Part shown: piece after piece, positions 43,630-55,884 of the stretch
Position numbering within the stretch: the first letter of the stretch is position 1
Layout of the letters: every line of letters starts with the position of its first letter
Assembly (NCBI RefSeq): GCF_057098645.1
Contig: NZ_CM169472.1
Direction: 5' to 3' (one strand)
Length of the DNA stretch: 64,000 bases
Notes under the pieces: model-generated
Seen by the model: only the letters and a program-made list of their open reading frames with translations
What the model was told of the DNA's origin: nothing
Databases searched by the model: none
Position numbers and translations under genes: made by a program

Positions 43630-44070
43630 ATGAAACGACTTCTGATTCTTACGGCACTCCTGCCGTTTGTCGGCTTTGCACAGCCCATTAATACTCTGAA
43701 CAACCCTAACCAGCCGGGGTATCAGATCCCCAGTCAGCAGCGGATGCAAACCCAGATGCAGACTCAGCAAATCCAGCAAAAAGGGATGCTGAATCAGCAA
43801 CTGAAAACGCAAACTCAGTTGCAACAACAGCATTTAGAAAACCAGATAAACAATAATTCTCAGCGGGTGTTGCAGTCACAGCCGGGGGAGCGAAATCCCG
43901 CCCGGCAGCAAATGCTGCCCAACACCAATGGCGGGATGTTAAACAGCAACCGTAATCCGGATAGTTCGTTGAATCAGCAGCATATGTTGCCGGAGAGGAG
44001 AAACGGCGACATGCTGAATCAGCCCGGCACGCCGCAGCCTGATATACCGTTGAAAACTATTGGGCCGTAA
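43630..44070 (+). CDS. yhhA: secreted Gln-rich protein
   Basis: 146 aa ORF with signal peptide and a Q-rich low-complexity region. Confidence 0.85.
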   Translation: MKRLLILTALLPFVGFAQPINTLNNPNQPGYQIPSQQRMQTQMQTQQIQQKGMLNQQLKTQTQLQQQHLENQINNNSQRVLQSQPGERNPARQQMLPNTNGGMLNSNRNPDSSLNQQHMLPERRNGDMLNQPGTPQPDIPLKTIGP

Positions 44071-44800
44071 AGTTCGGACCAATCACATCAATCGCATCGG
44101 TACAGATGCAATCCACGCCCCAGCGCAGCAACTCTGCCGCGCGCTGGGGTTTATTGACGGTATAAACCAGAATCCGCAGTCCAGCATCTTTCAACTGCAT
44201 TACTCGCGCTTTATCAAGCAACTTATGATTGAGATGAATAGAGACGCAGCCCAGCCGCGTAGTCAGTTCGCGCCAGTCGTCGCGCCATTCATCCAGCAAC
44301 AAACCGCGCGGCAGTTCTGGTACTGCCTGTTGTGCGGCTTCTAAAGCATCAATTTCGAACGATGACAGCAGCGGCGGCGTCATACCGCCCCACAGCTCGC
44401 GTGCCGCCAGCGCCACCATTTTGCCCGTTAATGGCCCGGTGCCAGTGGTGGGTTTGATTTCGATATTCGCCATCATCCCATGTTCGCGACAGCGTTCCGC
44501 CACCTGCGAAAGCAACGGCAGCGGCTCACCTTTAAACGCTTTGCCGTACCAACTGCCTGCATCCACACGTAGTAAATCCTGCCAGTTCAGTTCACCCGCG
44601 ACGCCCCAGCCGTTGCTGGTACGTTCGAGATTGTCGTCATGGAGCAGGAAGATTTCGCCATCTTTCGACAACTTCGCGTCAAATTCGATCATCTTATGAC
44701 CGTATTTTGCCCCGACGTCGATTGCCGCCAGGGTGTTTTCCGGGGCCAGCTTACCGCCGCCACGATGAGCGACGATGCGGGGATAAGGCCAGTTACTCAT
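44057..44800 (-). CDS. ugpQ: glycerophosphodiester phosphodiesterase
   Basis: 247 aa ORF, last gene of the ugp operon. Confidence 0.95.
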   Translation of the reverse strand: MSNWPYPRIVAHRGGGKLAPENTLAAIDVGAKYGHKMIEFDAKLSKDGEIFLLHDDNLERTSNGWGVAGELNWQDLLRVDAGSWYGKAFKGEPLPLLSQVAERCREHGMMANIEIKPTTGTGPLTGKMVALAARELWGGMTPPLLSSFEIDALEAAQQAVPELPRGLLLDEWRDDWRELTTRLGCVSIHLNHKLLDKARVMQLKDAGLRILVYTVNKPQRAAELLRWGVDCICTDAIDVIGPNFTAQ

Positions 44801-45867
44801 ACTCGTTGTCCTGTTTCACCATCAAAAAGATGCAGCTGATTTTCCGCCAGATGCAGCCACAGCGTGCTGCCTGCCGTCGGGCGCTCCTGATGCGCCAGTC
44901 GCACCACCAGCTTCTGTTCGCCCCAGCGTCCGTGCGCCAGGTTATCTGCGCCGAGGATCTCCAGCGTGTCCATCACCAGCGGAACGCCACCTTCTGCCTG
45001 CGAGCTTAGCGCAATATGTTCCGGGCGAATGCCGAGAGTCATTTTACGCCCGGCATACTGACGGTAGCCACCGTTTAGCGGCAGCACAATACCGCCGTCC
45101 AGTTCGAAATGCGTGCCTTCGGTATTCACGCGGCCTGTCAGCAGGTTCATCGCCGGGCTGCCGATAAAACTCGCCACAAACAGGCTGGCGGGCTTTTCGT
45201 AGACTTCAACTGGCGTGCCAATCTGTTCGGCAACGCCGCCGTTCATCACCATTACTCGCTGGGCGAGGGTCATCGCCTCAACCTGATCGTGAGTAACGTA
45301 GAGTGAAGTCGTTTTCAGGCGACGGTGCAGCTGTTGCAGTTCAAGACGCATCTGTACGCGCAGCTTGGCATCGAGGTTAGAGAGTGGCTCATCAAACAGG
45401 AACACCGCCGGATCGCGCACAATCGCGCGGCCCATCGCCACACGCTGACGCTGACCGCCGGAAAGCTCGCGCGGGCGGCGCTTAAGCAGACCGTCCAGTT
45501 CCAGAATGCGCGCCGCTTCTTTAACGCGCTCGGCAATTTGCTGCTTGCCCATGCCGCGAATTTTCAGCCCCCACGCCATGTTTTCTTCAACACTCATATG
45601 CGGATAAAGCGCGTAGTTCTGGAACACCATCGCAATCCCGCGATCTTTCGGCTCCATTTCGGTCACCCGCTGGTCGTTGATCCAGATATCGCCTTCCGTC
45701 ACCCGCTCCAGCCCGGCAACCATGCGCAGCAGCGTCGATTTCCCGCAGCCTGACGGCCCGACCATCACGATAAATTCGCCATCCGCCACATCAAGGGTCA
45801 GCGGTTTAATCACCTGGGTTTTGCCATCCCAGCTTTTGGTTACTGCCTGTAATTTCAGTCCTGCCAT
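44797..45867 (-). CDS. ugpC: sn-glycerol-3-phosphate ABC transporter ATPase
   Basis: Start placed at [15 protein letters not shown] (356 aa) within the 369 aa ORF; Walker [10 protein letters not shown]. Confidence 0.95.
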   Translation of the reverse strand: MAGLKLQAVTKSWDGKTQVIKPLTLDVADGEFIVMVGPSGCGKSTLLRMVAGLERVTEGDIWINDQRVTEMEPKDRGIAMVFQNYALYPHMSVEENMAWGLKIRGMGKQQIAERVKEAARILELDGLLKRRPRELSGGQRQRVAMGRAIVRDPAVFLFDEPLSNLDAKLRVQMRLELQQLHRRLKTTSLYVTHDQVEAMTLAQRVMVMNGGVAEQIGTPVEVYEKPASLFVASFIGSPAMNLLTGRVNTEGTHFELDGGIVLPLNGGYRQYAGRKMTLGIRPEHIALSSQAEGGVPLVMDTLEILGADNLAHGRWGEQKLVVRLAHQERPTAGSTLWLHLAENQLHLFDGETGQRV

Positions 45868-45868
45868 C

Positions 45869-46714
45869 TTATTTCTCACTATCGACCAGGCCGCGCACGA
45901 AGGCACGCTGCATCACTAAAACAATCACTACTGGTGGGATCAGGGTTAACAACATCGCCGCCATCACTGAGTTCCATTCTGTGGTGCCTTCGCCAGTGGC
46001 GATCATCCCTTTGATCCCTGCCACGGTGGTGCCGAGATCCACGTCGGTAATAATCAACAACGGCCACAAATACTGGTTCCAGCCGTAAATAAAGGTGATC
46101 ACAAACAACGCCGCCAGATTAGTTTTGGACAACGGAAAAACGATGTCGCAAAAGAAGCGCATTGGCGATGCGCCGTCGATCCGCGCGGCTTCCACCAGTT
46201 CATCCGGTAGGGTCATAAAGAACTGGCGGAAAAGAAACGTCGCGGTCGCCGAGGCCATCAGCGGCAGCGTTAAACCTGCGTAGCTGTCGAGCATCTTCAG
46301 GTTGGCGATGACTTCCACCGTCGGGAAGATACGTACTTCAACCGGCAACATCAGGGTGATAAAAATCATCCAGAAAAAGAGGTTACGCAGCGGAAAACGA
46401 AACCAGACAATGGCGAATGCCGAGAGCATCGAGACGGTAATTTTGCCGAGCGTAATGCTGAACGCCATCACGAAGCTGTTAAGCAACATCCGCCAGAACG
46501 GCGCACTATTTGTGCCTACCCCGTTTACCCAGATGTTGTGGATGTTTTCCAGCAGATGCGTGCCGGGGATTAGCGTCATCGGCGCGGCGTAGACGGCTTG
46601 TTTATCCAGCGTCGCCGCGACAAACGCCACGTACAGCGGGAAGAGGATCACCGCGATCCCGAGGATCAGCATGGTATGGCTGAATATCGTCAGCCACGGA
46701 CGGTTCTCAATCAT
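45869..46714 (-). CDS. ugpE: sn-glycerol-3-phosphate ABC transporter permease
   Basis: 281 aa membrane ORF. Confidence 0.95.
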
Positions 46715-47598
46715 TGGTAACGCACCTTGCTTTCAACATAGCGGAACTGCACCACCGTCAGCACGATGACGAGGAACATCAACACCACCGACTGTGCGGC
46801 AGACGAAGCCAGATCCAGTCCGGTAAAGCCTTCGCGGTAGATCTTATAAATCAGCGTCGTGGTGGCCTGAACCGGCCCGCCGGACGTGGCGGCGTCGATC
46901 ACCGGGAAGGTGTCGAAGAAGGCATACACCAGGTTCACTACCAGCAGGAAGAAACTCACTGGGGCGATAAGCGGCAGCGCAATCTTAAAGAAGCGGCGAA
47001 TCGGCCCTGCACCGTCGATGGCTGCGGCTTCGATCAACGAACGGGGAATGGATTGCAGCGCGGCATAGAAGAACAGGAAGTTGTAGCTGATTTGCTTCCA
47101 TACTGAGGCAAACACCACCAGAAACATCGCCTGACCGCTATTTTGCGCGTGGTTCCAGTCGTAGCCGAACTCAGCGAGAAAATAGGTGATCAGCCCGCGA
47201 CCGGGGTTAAACAGGAAGATCCACAATACGGCGGCAACGGCGGGAGCCACGGCATACGGCAGCAGCATCAAGGTTTGATAGAAACGACTGCCGCGCACGA
47301 TGTACTCCACCAGCGCCGCAAAGAACAGCGATACCAGCAAACCGCTGACGGTGACAAAGGTGCTGAATTTTATCGTCGTCCAGAAGGAGTCGAGATAGTA
47401 GCTGTCATGAAACAGCGCGACGAAGTTATCCAGGCCGACAAACTGGCTGGAGAAACCAAACGGATCGACGCTTTGCAGCGAGTACCACAACGCTTCGCCC
47501 GCAGGCCAGATAAAAAAGATAACGGTGATGATGAGCTGCGGCGCGACCAGCAGATAAGGCAGCCAGCGCGCGCGGAACACCGGACGGGATGATGACAT
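46711..47598 (-). CDS. ugpA: sn-glycerol-3-phosphate ABC transporter permease
   Basis: 295 aa membrane ORF. Confidence 0.95.
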
Positions 47599-47619
47599 TA
47601 CGGTTAATTCCTGAACTGT

Positions 47620-47690
47620 GCCGGATGCGCTTCGCTTATCCGGCCTACACGCGATGCCAGGTCAGATAAGCGAAACGCATCCGACATTAC
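47620..47690. repeat. REP elements in the ugpB-ugpA intergenic region
   Basis: GCCGGATGCGCTTCGCTTATCCGGCCTAC plus an inverted REP-like copy GTCAGATAAGCGAAACGCATCCGACATTAC. Confidence 0.8.
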
Positions 47691-47695
47691 ACTGA

Positions 47696-49012
47696 TTAAG
47701 ACTTCGTCGATTTCTCAAAGCGGCGCAGTAACTGGTTCCCACGCTCAACGGCGGTATCCAGTGCCTGCTGCGGTGTCTTCTTACCGGTCCACACGCTCTC
47801 CAGCTCTTCATCCACAATCACGCGGATCTGCGGCATGTTGCCCAGACGCAGCCCTTTGGTGAACGGCAACGGCGGCTTGTTCAGCATCTGACGCGTCGCG
47901 GTATCCGCCCCTGGGTTTTTCTCATAAAAGCCCTGCTCACGGGTCAGGTCATACGCTGCTTTGGTGATTGGCAGATAACCGGTTTTCTGATGCCACTCGG
48001 CAGCGTTTTCTGGCTTCGCGAGGAAGTCGAGGAACTTCGCCACGCCGGTATACGTTTCTTTATCTTTGCCCTGCATCACCCACAGGCTGGCCCCGCCGAT
48101 AATGGCGTTTTGCGGTGCATCTTTCGCATCGGCGTCGTAAGGCATCATGCCTACGCCATAGTTAAATTTGGCGTACTCACGAATATTAGCGAGAGAACCG
48201 GAAGAGGCGGTGGTCATCGCGCAATCACCGTTATAGAACTTCTCGGTGGATTCATCCTTACGCCCGACGTAGCTGAAATCGCCCTTCTTGTTCATCTCTT
48301 CGAGCATGGCGATGTGTTTCACCTGCTCCGGCTTGTTGAACTCCAGCACCGCATCCGTGCCGTCAAAGCCGTTGTTTTTGCTGGCAAACGGCAGACCGTT
48401 CCAGGCGCTAAAGTTTTCCAGTTGGATCCAGCCCTGCCAGCCGCTGGCGTAGCCGCACTTCATTCCGGAGGCTTTCAGTTTTGCAGAATAGTCCGCCAGA
48501 TCCTGCCAGGTTTTCGGCGGCTGTTCCGGGTCTAATCCTGCTTTCTTGAAGGCGTCTTTGTTGTAATAGAGAACGGGGGTCGAGCTGTTGAATGGCTGGG
48601 AGAGTAAGTGGCCCGTTTTGCTGTCGGAGTAGTAACCGGAAACCGTCGGCACAAACTGCGACTCATCGAATTGAATCCCCGCCTCTTTAAACACGTCATA
48701 TACCGGTTTAATGGCTTTCGACGCCATCATGGTGGCGGTGCCAACTTCATAAACCTGCAAAATAGCCGGAGCATTGCCGGTACGAAATGCGGCAATCCCC
48801 GCGCTTAAATTCTGTTCGTAGTTGCCTTTATAGGTCGGTACAATTTTGTAATCCGGGTTTTCGGCGTTAAAACGTTGGGCCAGAGAATCCACCTCTTTAC
48901 CCAGTTCCCCTTCCATAGAATGCCAGAACGGAATGGTCGTCACTGCCTGTGCATTCCCCATTAACGCCAGTCCGAGCGCCAGTGCTGAAGCTGTATAATG
49001 TAACGGTTTCAT
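47696..49012 (-). CDS. ugpB: sn-glycerol-3-phosphate periplasmic binding protein
   Basis: 438 aa ORF with signal peptide. Confidence 0.95.
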   Translation of the reverse strand: MKPLHYTASALALGLALMGNAQAVTTIPFWHSMEGELGKEVDSLAQRFNAENPDYKIVPTYKGNYEQNLSAGIAAFRTGNAPAILQVYEVGTATMMASKAIKPVYDVFKEAGIQFDESQFVPTVSGYYSDSKTGHLLSQPFNSSTPVLYYNKDAFKKAGLDPEQPPKTWQDLADYSAKLKASGMKCGYASGWQGWIQLENFSAWNGLPFASKNNGFDGTDAVLEFNKPEQVKHIAMLEEMNKKGDFSYVGRKDESTEKFYNGDCAMTTASSGSLANIREYAKFNYGVGMMPYDADAKDAPQNAIIGGASLWVMQGKDKETYTGVAKFLDFLAKPENAAEWHQKTGYLPITKAAYDLTREQGFYEKNPGADTATRQMLNKPPLPFTKGLRLGNMPQIRVIVDEELESVWTGKKTPQQALDTAVERGNQLLRRFEKSTKS

Positions 49013-49128
49013 CGTTTATCTCTCTTGTTGTACCGAATGCGCGAATTCACGCGTTTTATGCTCGCGGGGTAACATGACATGCTCGAATTACAGAAAAATA
49101 ACTTTTTTGTTACATTTGTAAGATAGTA

Positions 49129-49160
49129 AGGTGTCAGAAAGATGACAAGGCGGTGACGGT
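49129..49160 (-). promoter_or_regulatory. Pho box-like element upstream of ugpB
   Basis: Minus strand CTTGTCATCTTTCTGACAC resembles the PhoB direct-repeat consensus CTGTCATA(A/T)A(T/A)CTGTCAC, about 120-150 bp upstream of the ugpB start. Confidence 0.5.
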
Positions 49161-49371
49161 ACGGGTGAGGGAAAATGGGAGATGGGGCACGGATATCCCG
49201 AGAATGCACTGAAAAGAGGCGATTAACGGCCAGCTAATCGCCAGAACTCCTTACCATGAAGAGCAAAAATGGCAGCAAATTCTGCGTCCAGTTTTGCTGC
49301 CCGATGAGAGCTACATTTTTCAATTTTAACAAAAGATTGCCGCGACACTGGTCTAACGGCAAAGAAGATTT

Positions 49372-50121
49372 TCATTGCACCACACTCTGCTTCAACCGTT
49401 CATTGGCGGTCTTAATCCATTCCCGGTGGTGTTTTCTATAATGAGGTCTTGAGCGTTTAGCCGTATCAACTACAGCAACATACTGCTCGTTGGCTTCACG
49501 TAACCGACTCATTTTCGCCAACATTTCCGCATAGTAAATACGCGCCTGCGGGCCGGGGTAATAAGAAATCAATACTTCAAACTCGCTTTCCGCATCAGCG
49601 TATTTTTCTTGTGCGGCTAACGTTCTGGCAAATAACAAATGCCCGTCTGCCGACTGAAAATCAGGGTTATAACGCATCACATCTTCCAGCGTCTGCTGAC
49701 AGGCGGCGAACTCCTGAATAGCAAACTGTGCCTGCGCCAGGCTTAGCATCATTGCCGCCGCTTCATGGGCGAATATCCCGCTTAACGCCTGCTGATAATG
49801 GGGAACGGCTTCGTGGTAACGCTCCAGACGCGCCAGCTCGTTGGCAAGTTGATAGTGGTTTTGATTGGTCTCGGCAATCGCCAGCTCTTCGGTTAATTTG
49901 CGCAGGTGACGTTCCGGATTGATTTTGTCCTGCAGGCGCATCAGAAAGGTACGCCCGTGACGGTCAGCGCCCGTTTCTGGCAGCATCACCATGACAAAAT
50001 ACGCCACGCAACCAATCACCGGAAAACAGAAGATGATAAAAAACCAATATCGCTCTTGTCCGGTACGGTAAGCGTGGATACAGCAAAGCATTTCAAGCAT
50101 GGCGACAACGGCATAATGCAT
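49372..50121 (-). CDS. uncharacterized membrane-anchored protein with TPR-like helical repeats
   Basis: 249 aa ORF; the N-terminus (RYWFFIIFCFPVIGCVAYFV) resembles the small two-helix PLDc_N membrane anchor; the remainder is helical and TPR-like; GGAAAGG Shine-Dalgarno upstream. Confidence 0.55.
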   Translation of the reverse strand: MHYAVVAMLEMLCCIHAYRTGQERYWFFIIFCFPVIGCVAYFVMVMLPETGADRHGRTFLMRLQDKINPERHLRKLTEELAIAETNQNHYQLANELARLERYHEAVPHYQQALSGIFAHEAAAMMLSLAQAQFAIQEFAACQQTLEDVMRYNPDFQSADGHLLFARTLAAQEKYADAESEFEVLISYYPGPQARIYYAEMLAKMSRLREANEQYVAVVDTAKRSRPHYRKHHREWIKTANERLKQSVVQ

Positions 50122-50205
50122 GGGAGGGAACCTTTCCGTGGCAAATAAGTGGTCTGGTTTTAATCCTCCCGGTCAGTTGAAACAAGTCTGTATACGGACG
50201 AAGAG

Positions 50206-50228
50206 CCCGGCAGAACGTGGCTGCCGGG
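50206..50228 (-). terminator. stem-loop downstream of livF
   Basis: CCCGGCAGAACGTGGCTGCCGGG forms an 8 bp GC stem immediately after the livF stop; the flanking U-run is weak. Confidence 0.4.
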
Positions 50229-50239
50229 TATTCGATAAT

Positions 50240-50953
50240 TTACCCGCCTAAATACGCACTTCTCACCGCTTCGTTCGCCAGTAGTGCATCACCAGTATCG
50301 GAGAGCACCACATGGCCGTTTTCCAGCACGTAGCCGCGATCCGCCAGCTTTAGCGCCTGGTTGGCGTTCTGCTCGACGAGGAAGATAGTCATCCCCTGCT
50401 CGCGCAGCTGCTCGATGGTGTCGAAAATTTGCTGGATGATAATCGGCGCAAGACCGAGAGATGGCTCATCAAGCAACAACAAACGCGGGTTGCTCATCAG
50501 CGCGCGACCAATCGCCAGCATCTGCTGTTCACCGCCGGACATGGTGCCCGCCCGCTGAACACGACGCTCATGAAGACGTGGAAACAGCTCATACACCCAC
50601 TTTATGCGCTCCTGAAACTGATCACGTTCGGCAAAAAAGCCGCCCATCGCCAGGTTCTCTTCCACCGTCATCCGCGAGAAGACGCGACGCCCTTCCGGGA
50701 CAATCGCTACCGCTTCGCGCATGATTTTCGCCGTCTGCCAGTCGGTAATGTCTTTATCATCAAACACAATTCGCCCGCTGGTGGCGCGCGGATCGCCGCA
50801 TAACGTGCCGAGCAAGGTGGTTTTCCCCGCCCCGTTCGCGCCAATCAGCGTGACAATCTCGCCCTGATTGATATGCAGGCTCACCTCATGCAGCGCCTGG
50901 ATTTTGCCGTAGTGGGCGCTGACTTTGTCAAAGGACAACATGACTTTTTCCAT
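50240..50953 (-). CDS. livF: branched-chain amino acid ABC transporter ATPase
   Basis: Start placed at MEKVMLSFDKVSAHYGK (237 aa) within the 241 aa ORF. Confidence 0.95.
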   Translation of the reverse strand: MEKVMLSFDKVSAHYGKIQALHEVSLHINQGEIVTLIGANGAGKTTLLGTLCGDPRATSGRIVFDDKDITDWQTAKIMREAVAIVPEGRRVFSRMTVEENLAMGGFFAERDQFQERIKWVYELFPRLHERRVQRAGTMSGGEQQMLAIGRALMSNPRLLLLDEPSLGLAPIIIQQIFDTIEQLREQGMTIFLVEQNANQALKLADRGYVLENGHVVLSDTGDALLANEAVRSAYLGG

Positions 50954-50954
50954 C

Positions 50955-51722
50955 TTATGCCTCACCTAAATAGGCACGGATCACGTCCGGGTTATTACGG
51001 ATTTGCTCCGGCGTACCGTTTGCCAGCGGCGTCCCCTGATTGACCACGTAAATTCGGTCCGAAATTCCCATCACCAGCTTCATATCGTGTTCAATCAACA
51101 AGATAGTGGTGTTGTGATGATTGCGCAGTTCGGCAATCAGCTCATCCAGCTCTTTCGTTTCTTTCGGGTTAAGACCTGCCGCAGGTTCGTCGAGCATTAA
51201 AATCTCCGGCTGCGTCACCATGCAGCGGGCGATCTCCAGACGGCGCTGGTCACCGTAGGCCAGGTTGCTCGCCTGGCGGTTGGCGTGTTCCAGCAAACCA
51301 ATGCGCTCAAGCCAGATGGCGGCGCGGTCGAGCGCTTCGCTCTGGGCGCGACGGAAAGAAGGCGTTTTCAACAGGCCAGAGAACAGCCCGGTTTTCAGTT
51401 GCTGATGCTGCGCCACCAGCAGGTTTTCAATTACCGTCATTTCACGGAACAGACGCACATGCTGGAAGGTGCGCACCACGCCCATGCGGGCGATTTGCTG
51501 CCCCGGCAAACCCTCCAGATGCTGATCGCGCAGTAAAATAGTGCCGCCGGTGGGTTTGTAGAATCCGGTCAGGCAGTTAAAGACCGTGGTTTTTCCGGCA
51601 CCGTTAGGACCGATTAACGAGACGATCTCCTGCGGGTACAGTTCAAGATTGACGTTGTTCACTGCCAGCAGGCCGCCGAAGCGCATCATCAGGCCGTTAA
51701 CAGATAATAATGGCTGACTCAT
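50955..51722 (-). CDS. livG: branched-chain amino acid ABC transporter ATPase
   Basis: 255 aa ORF; Walker [10 protein letters not shown]. Confidence 0.95.
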   Translation of the reverse strand: MSQPLLSVNGLMMRFGGLLAVNNVNLELYPQEIVSLIGPNGAGKTTVFNCLTGFYKPTGGTILLRDQHLEGLPGQQIARMGVVRTFQHVRLFREMTVIENLLVAQHQQLKTGLFSGLLKTPSFRRAQSEALDRAAIWLERIGLLEHANRQASNLAYGDQRRLEIARCMVTQPEILMLDEPAAGLNPKETKELDELIAELRNHHNTTILLIEHDMKLVMGISDRIYVVNQGTPLANGTPEQIRNNPDVIRAYLGEA

Positions 51723-52996
51723 GCCTGCTCTCCTTTCGCTGCGCCGTTTTTCAGCTTGAGTTGCGGGCGCGTCATGGGCAGCAAGCCCTGCGGACGCCAG
51801 ATCATCATCAGCACCATCAAACCACCGAGCATTAACATGCTGTATTCGTTGAAATCACGCATCAACTCGCGCGACACCACCAGCAAAATTGCCGCCAGAA
51901 TCACCGCAAATTGCGAGCCCATACCGCCGAGCACCACTATCGCCAGTACAAAGGCTGATTCAGCAAAGGTGAAGGATTCCGGGCTGACAAAGCCCTGACG
52001 CGCCGCAAACAGCGTTCCGGCAAAACCCGCAAACGCGGCGCTGATGGTAAAGGCGGTCAGCTTGATACGACGCGGGCTTAAGCCCAGCGAACGGCAGGCG
52101 ATTTCGTCTTCACGCAACGCTTCCCAGGCGCGACCCAGCGGCATCCGCAGCAGGCGGTTAATGACAAACAGGCTTAATACCACCAGCAGCAACGCCACCA
52201 GGTAGAGGAAGATAACGCGATCGGAGGGATCGTATTTCAGGCCAAAGAAATTACTGAACGTGTCCCAGCCGCCTTCACGGGCGGTACGGCTGAACTCGAG
52301 GCCGAAGAAAGTCGGTTTCGGGATCTGACTGATACCATTCGGGCCGCCGGTAATTTCGGTGTTATTGAGCAGCAATATGCGCACAATTTCGCCGAAACCG
52401 AGGGTAACGATCGCCAGATAGTCGCCGCGCAGGCGCAGCACCGGAAAACCGAGCAGGAAGCCCGCCGCCGCTGCCATTAACCCGGCAATCGGCAGACAGG
52501 TCCAGAAGCCCAGGCCGTAATAGTGATTGAGCAGCGCAAAGGTGTAAGCGCCGATGGCGTAAAAGCCGCCGTAACCCAGCACCAGCAGGCCAGAAAGCCC
52601 TACCACCACGTTCAGCCCGAGGCCGAGGATAATGTAGATCATGGTCAAGGTGGCGATATCCACCGTCCCGCGTGAAACCATAAACGGCCACGCCACCGCA
52701 AGCACCAGCAGCGCCACGAGAAACAGCTTTTGCTTCACCGTGGAGCCATCAATCGCGGGCAGAATAAACTTCGGTCCGGAAACGCTTTTCAACCCTTTCT
52801 GGAAAGCCGGTCGCAAAAGCTGGAAGAAAAAGACCACCGCCGTGCCGATAAACACCCACTGCCAACGGACATCCGAAGCGCTATCGACCACCAGTTTGGT
52901 GCCATCCAGCTCCAGTTGCACGCCCATAAAGACGCCCGCCAGCACAAAGAACATCGCGGCAGAGAGCAGCGCCATTGCAATATGCATCGGTTTCAT
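51719..52996 (-). CDS. livM: branched-chain amino acid ABC transporter permease
   Basis: 425 aa membrane ORF. Confidence 0.95.
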   Translation of the reverse strand: MKPMHIAMALLSAAMFFVLAGVFMGVQLELDGTKLVVDSASDVRWQWVFIGTAVVFFFQLLRPAFQKGLKSVSGPKFILPAIDGSTVKQKLFLVALLVLAVAWPFMVSRGTVDIATLTMIYIILGLGLNVVVGLSGLLVLGYGGFYAIGAYTFALLNHYYGLGFWTCLPIAGLMAAAAGFLLGFPVLRLRGDYLAIVTLGFGEIVRILLLNNTEITGGPNGISQIPKPTFFGLEFSRTAREGGWDTFSNFFGLKYDPSDRVIFLYLVALLLVVLSLFVINRLLRMPLGRAWEALREDEIACRSLGLSPRRIKLTAFTISAAFAGFAGTLFAARQGFVSPESFTFAESAFVLAIVVLGGMGSQFAVILAAILLVVSRELMRDFNEYSMLMLGGLMVLMMIWRPQGLLPMTRPQLKLKNGAAKGEQA

Positions 52997-53919
52997 ACTT
53001 TCTCTACCTCCGGGCGCCCCAGAATACCGGTCGGCATCACCAGCAGCACCAGAATCAGCAGGGCGAATGAGACCACATCTTTATATTCCGTACTCAGATA
53101 GGCAGAAGAGAGCGCCTCCGCAATCCCCAGAATCAGCCCGCCAATCATCGCTCCCGGAATGCTGCCAATCCCACCGAGCACCGCAGCGGTAAAGGCTTTC
53201 ATCCCGGCCATAAAGCCGATGTAGGGGTTAATGACGCCGTAGAACTGACCGAGCAGTACGCCCGCCACCGCCGCCATTGCCGCGCCAATCACAAAGGTCA
53301 GCGCAATCACCCGGTCGGTGTTAATGCCAAGCAGGCTCGCCATTTTCAGATCTTCGGCGCAGGCACGGCAGGCGCGCCCCATACGGGAATAACGAATGAA
53401 AATCGTCAGCGCCAGCATGGCGAGGAAAGTAACAATCCAGATCACCGCCTGCATGGTAGTAATAGAGGCAGAGAAGTTTTCGCTATGGCCCACCACCCAC
53501 TGACCGTTAAACAGGCTCGGCAGCGCCACGTCGCGCGAACCTTCGGTCAGGCTGACGTAGTTTTGCAGGAAGATGGACATACCGATTGCCGAGATGAGTG
53601 CAATCAGGCGCTTAGAGTTACGCACCGGGCGGTAAGCCACCCGTTCGATACTCCAGCCGTAGGCGCTGGCAATGACGATTGCGCCAACGAATCCCGCCGC
53701 CACCAGCAGCCAGCCGGTATCAATGCCCAGCATCATCAGCGCGGAGATGATCATAAAGGAGACATAGCTACCAATCATATAAACCTCGCCGTGGGCGAAG
53801 TTGATCATGCCGATAATGCCGTAAACCATGGTGTAGCCGATGGCTATCAGCGCGTAGGTACTGCCCAGCGTGACGCCGTTAAACATCTGCTGCAAGAAAT
53901 ATAAAAACTGCTCAGACAT
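52993..53919 (-). CDS. livH: branched-chain amino acid ABC transporter permease
   Basis: 308 aa membrane ORF. Confidence 0.95.
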   Translation of the reverse strand: MSEQFLYFLQQMFNGVTLGSTYALIAIGYTMVYGIIGMINFAHGEVYMIGSYVSFMIISALMMLGIDTGWLLVAAGFVGAIVIASAYGWSIERVAYRPVRNSKRLIALISAIGMSIFLQNYVSLTEGSRDVALPSLFNGQWVVGHSENFSASITTMQAVIWIVTFLAMLALTIFIRYSRMGRACRACAEDLKMASLLGINTDRVIALTFVIGAAMAAVAGVLLGQFYGVINPYIGFMAGMKAFTAAVLGGIGSIPGAMIGGLILGIAEALSSAYLSTEYKDVVSFALLILVLLVMPTGILGRPEVEKV

Positions 53920-53966
53920 AAGGTAACCTTTCTAAACCCGCCCGCATTTCACGGGCGGTGGGATTT

Positions 53967-55076
53967 TCACTTGGCTGCCGTGGATGAACCGTCGGCGTGC
54001 CACTGGAAGACACCAAAATCAAATCCCTTAAGATCGCCTTTTTCATCCCAGTTCAGCGGCCCAATCACGGTGTTTGCACCGTTAGCTTTTAAATCTTTCA
54101 CCAGCGCCAGCGGCTCATCGCTGCCGGTACGCTCAAGGGCAGTTGCCAGAGATTGCACCGCCGCGTAGGTGATCCAGACATAAGGCCCGGACGGATCTTT
54201 CTTGTCTGCTTTCAGCGCATCAACGATGCCCTGGTTTGCCGGGTCCTGGTCATAGCGTTTTGGCATAGTGACCAACATGCCTTCGGCGGCTTCGCCAGCA
54301 ATGTTCGACAGCGACGCATTACCCACACCTTCCGGCCCCATAAACTGGGTTTTCAGGCCAACGGAACGGGCCTGGCGCAGCATCTGCCCCATTTCCGGGT
54401 AGTAACCGCCGTAGTAAACGAAGTCGATGTTTTCTTTTTTCAGGCGTGCGATCAGCGCGGAGAAATCTTTCTCGCCAGCGGTAATGCCGTCGAAGAAGAC
54501 GACATTGGCGTTAGCCGCTTTCAGCCCGTCCTGCACCGAACGCGCCAGCCCTTCGCCATACTGTTGTTTGTCGTGAATGATGGCGATGCGCTGGGGCTTC
54601 ACCGTCTCAAGAATGTATTTTGCCGCCGTTGGCCCCTGGGAAGAGTCCAGCCCGGCAGTACGCATAATGTGTTGATAACCGCGTTGGGTCAGCTCCGGGT
54701 TGGTCGCTCCCGGCGAGATCATCAGAATACCTTCGTCTTCATAGATATCTGACGCAGGCTGGGTAGAAGAAGAACACAGATGACCAATAACGTATTTAAT
54801 GCCGTCATTAACGATTTTGTTGGCGACCGCAACGGCTTGTTTCGGGTCGCAGGCGTCGTCATATTCCACGCCAACCAGCTTATCGCCTTTAATTCCCCCT
54901 TTGGCATTAATGTCTTTAATCGCCTGACGCGCGCCGTTAAATTCCATATCGCCCCACTGGGCAATCGGGCCGGACATCGCGCCGACAACGGCAACTTTAA
55001 TATCGTCGGCTAAAGCGGTGTGTGAAATTGCCAGTGCAATCATCCCTGCGATGATAGTTTTCGCATTCCGTTTCAT
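53967..55076 (-). CDS. livK: leucine-specific periplasmic binding protein
   Basis: Start placed at [16 protein letters not shown] (signal peptide; 369 aa) within the 387 aa ORF. Confidence 0.95.
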   Translation of the reverse strand: MKRNAKTIIAGMIALAISHTALADDIKVAVVGAMSGPIAQWGDMEFNGARQAIKDINAKGGIKGDKLVGVEYDDACDPKQAVAVANKIVNDGIKYVIGHLCSSSTQPASDIYEDEGILMISPGATNPELTQRGYQHIMRTAGLDSSQGPTAAKYILETVKPQRIAIIHDKQQYGEGLARSVQDGLKAANANVVFFDGITAGEKDFSALIARLKKENIDFVYYGGYYPEMGQMLRQARSVGLKTQFMGPEGVGNASLSNIAGEAAEGMLVTMPKRYDQDPANQGIVDALKADKKDPSGPYVWITYAAVQSLATALERTGSDEPLALVKDLKANGANTVIGPLNWDEKGDLKGFDFGVFQWHADGSSTAAK

Positions 55077-55500
55077 AGTCAAAAATCCCCATTCGTGATG
55101 TTGTGTTGCTTTGTTTTTATGTGTTAACAAATCAGACTGTTCTTTTTTTATACTGCACTGTTTTTGCCTGTCTGATTAAGGGTTTAGCGCAGTATTTTGT
55201 GATAATAGCGATTAAAGTCCCTATTTTTCAGTCGATTAAGAACAGATAATATTCTGAATTTATTGATAGATAAACAGAAAAAAGTGCCTTTGTCAGCATA
55301 AAATAACGGCATAAAGGGCGGAATAATTCACTACCATTCAGGGGATTATGCTGGACATTTTTCATTCTCTAATGTTTTAACTTTGTAATTATTGCTGAAA
55401 AAAAAATTAATCACCTGCCAAAAGAAATAAAAAAGAGAAAGCCTCCGATTAAATTATTTCGTTACACTGGTTCCACTTTTGTGATTTACACGGGTTCCCC

Positions 55501-55884
55501 ATGAAGCTGACCATCATTCGATTAGAAAACTTTAGCGACCAGGACCGGATTGACCTGCAAAAGATCTGGCCGGAGTATTCCCCTTCCTCTTTACAGGTTG
55601 ACGATAACCACCGCATCTACGCCGCGCGTTTTAACGAGCGCCTGCTCGCTGCCGTACGGGTAACCTTAAGCGGCACCGAGGGAGCACTGGATTCCCTGCG
55701 CGTGCGGGAAGTCACTCGACGTCGCGGTGTGGGGCAATATCTGCTGGAAGAGGTTTTGCGTAACAATCCTGGCGTTTCATGCTGGTGGATGGCGGATGCA
55801 GGCGTGGAAGATCGCGGTGTGATGACGGCGTTTATGCAGGCGCTGGGGTTTACGGCACAGCAGGGCGGCTGGGAGAAGCGTTAA
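55501..55884 (+). CDS. panZ: GNAT-fold PanD maturation/regulatory factor
   Basis: 127 aa ORF (MKLTIIRLENFSDQDRIDLQKIWPEY...) at the position of yhhK/panM/panZ. Confidence 0.85.
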   Translation: MKLTIIRLENFSDQDRIDLQKIWPEYSPSSLQVDDNHRIYAARFNERLLAAVRVTLSGTEGALDSLRVREVTRRRGVGQYLLEEVLRNNPGVSCWWMADAGVEDRGVMTAFMQALGFTAQQGGWEKR

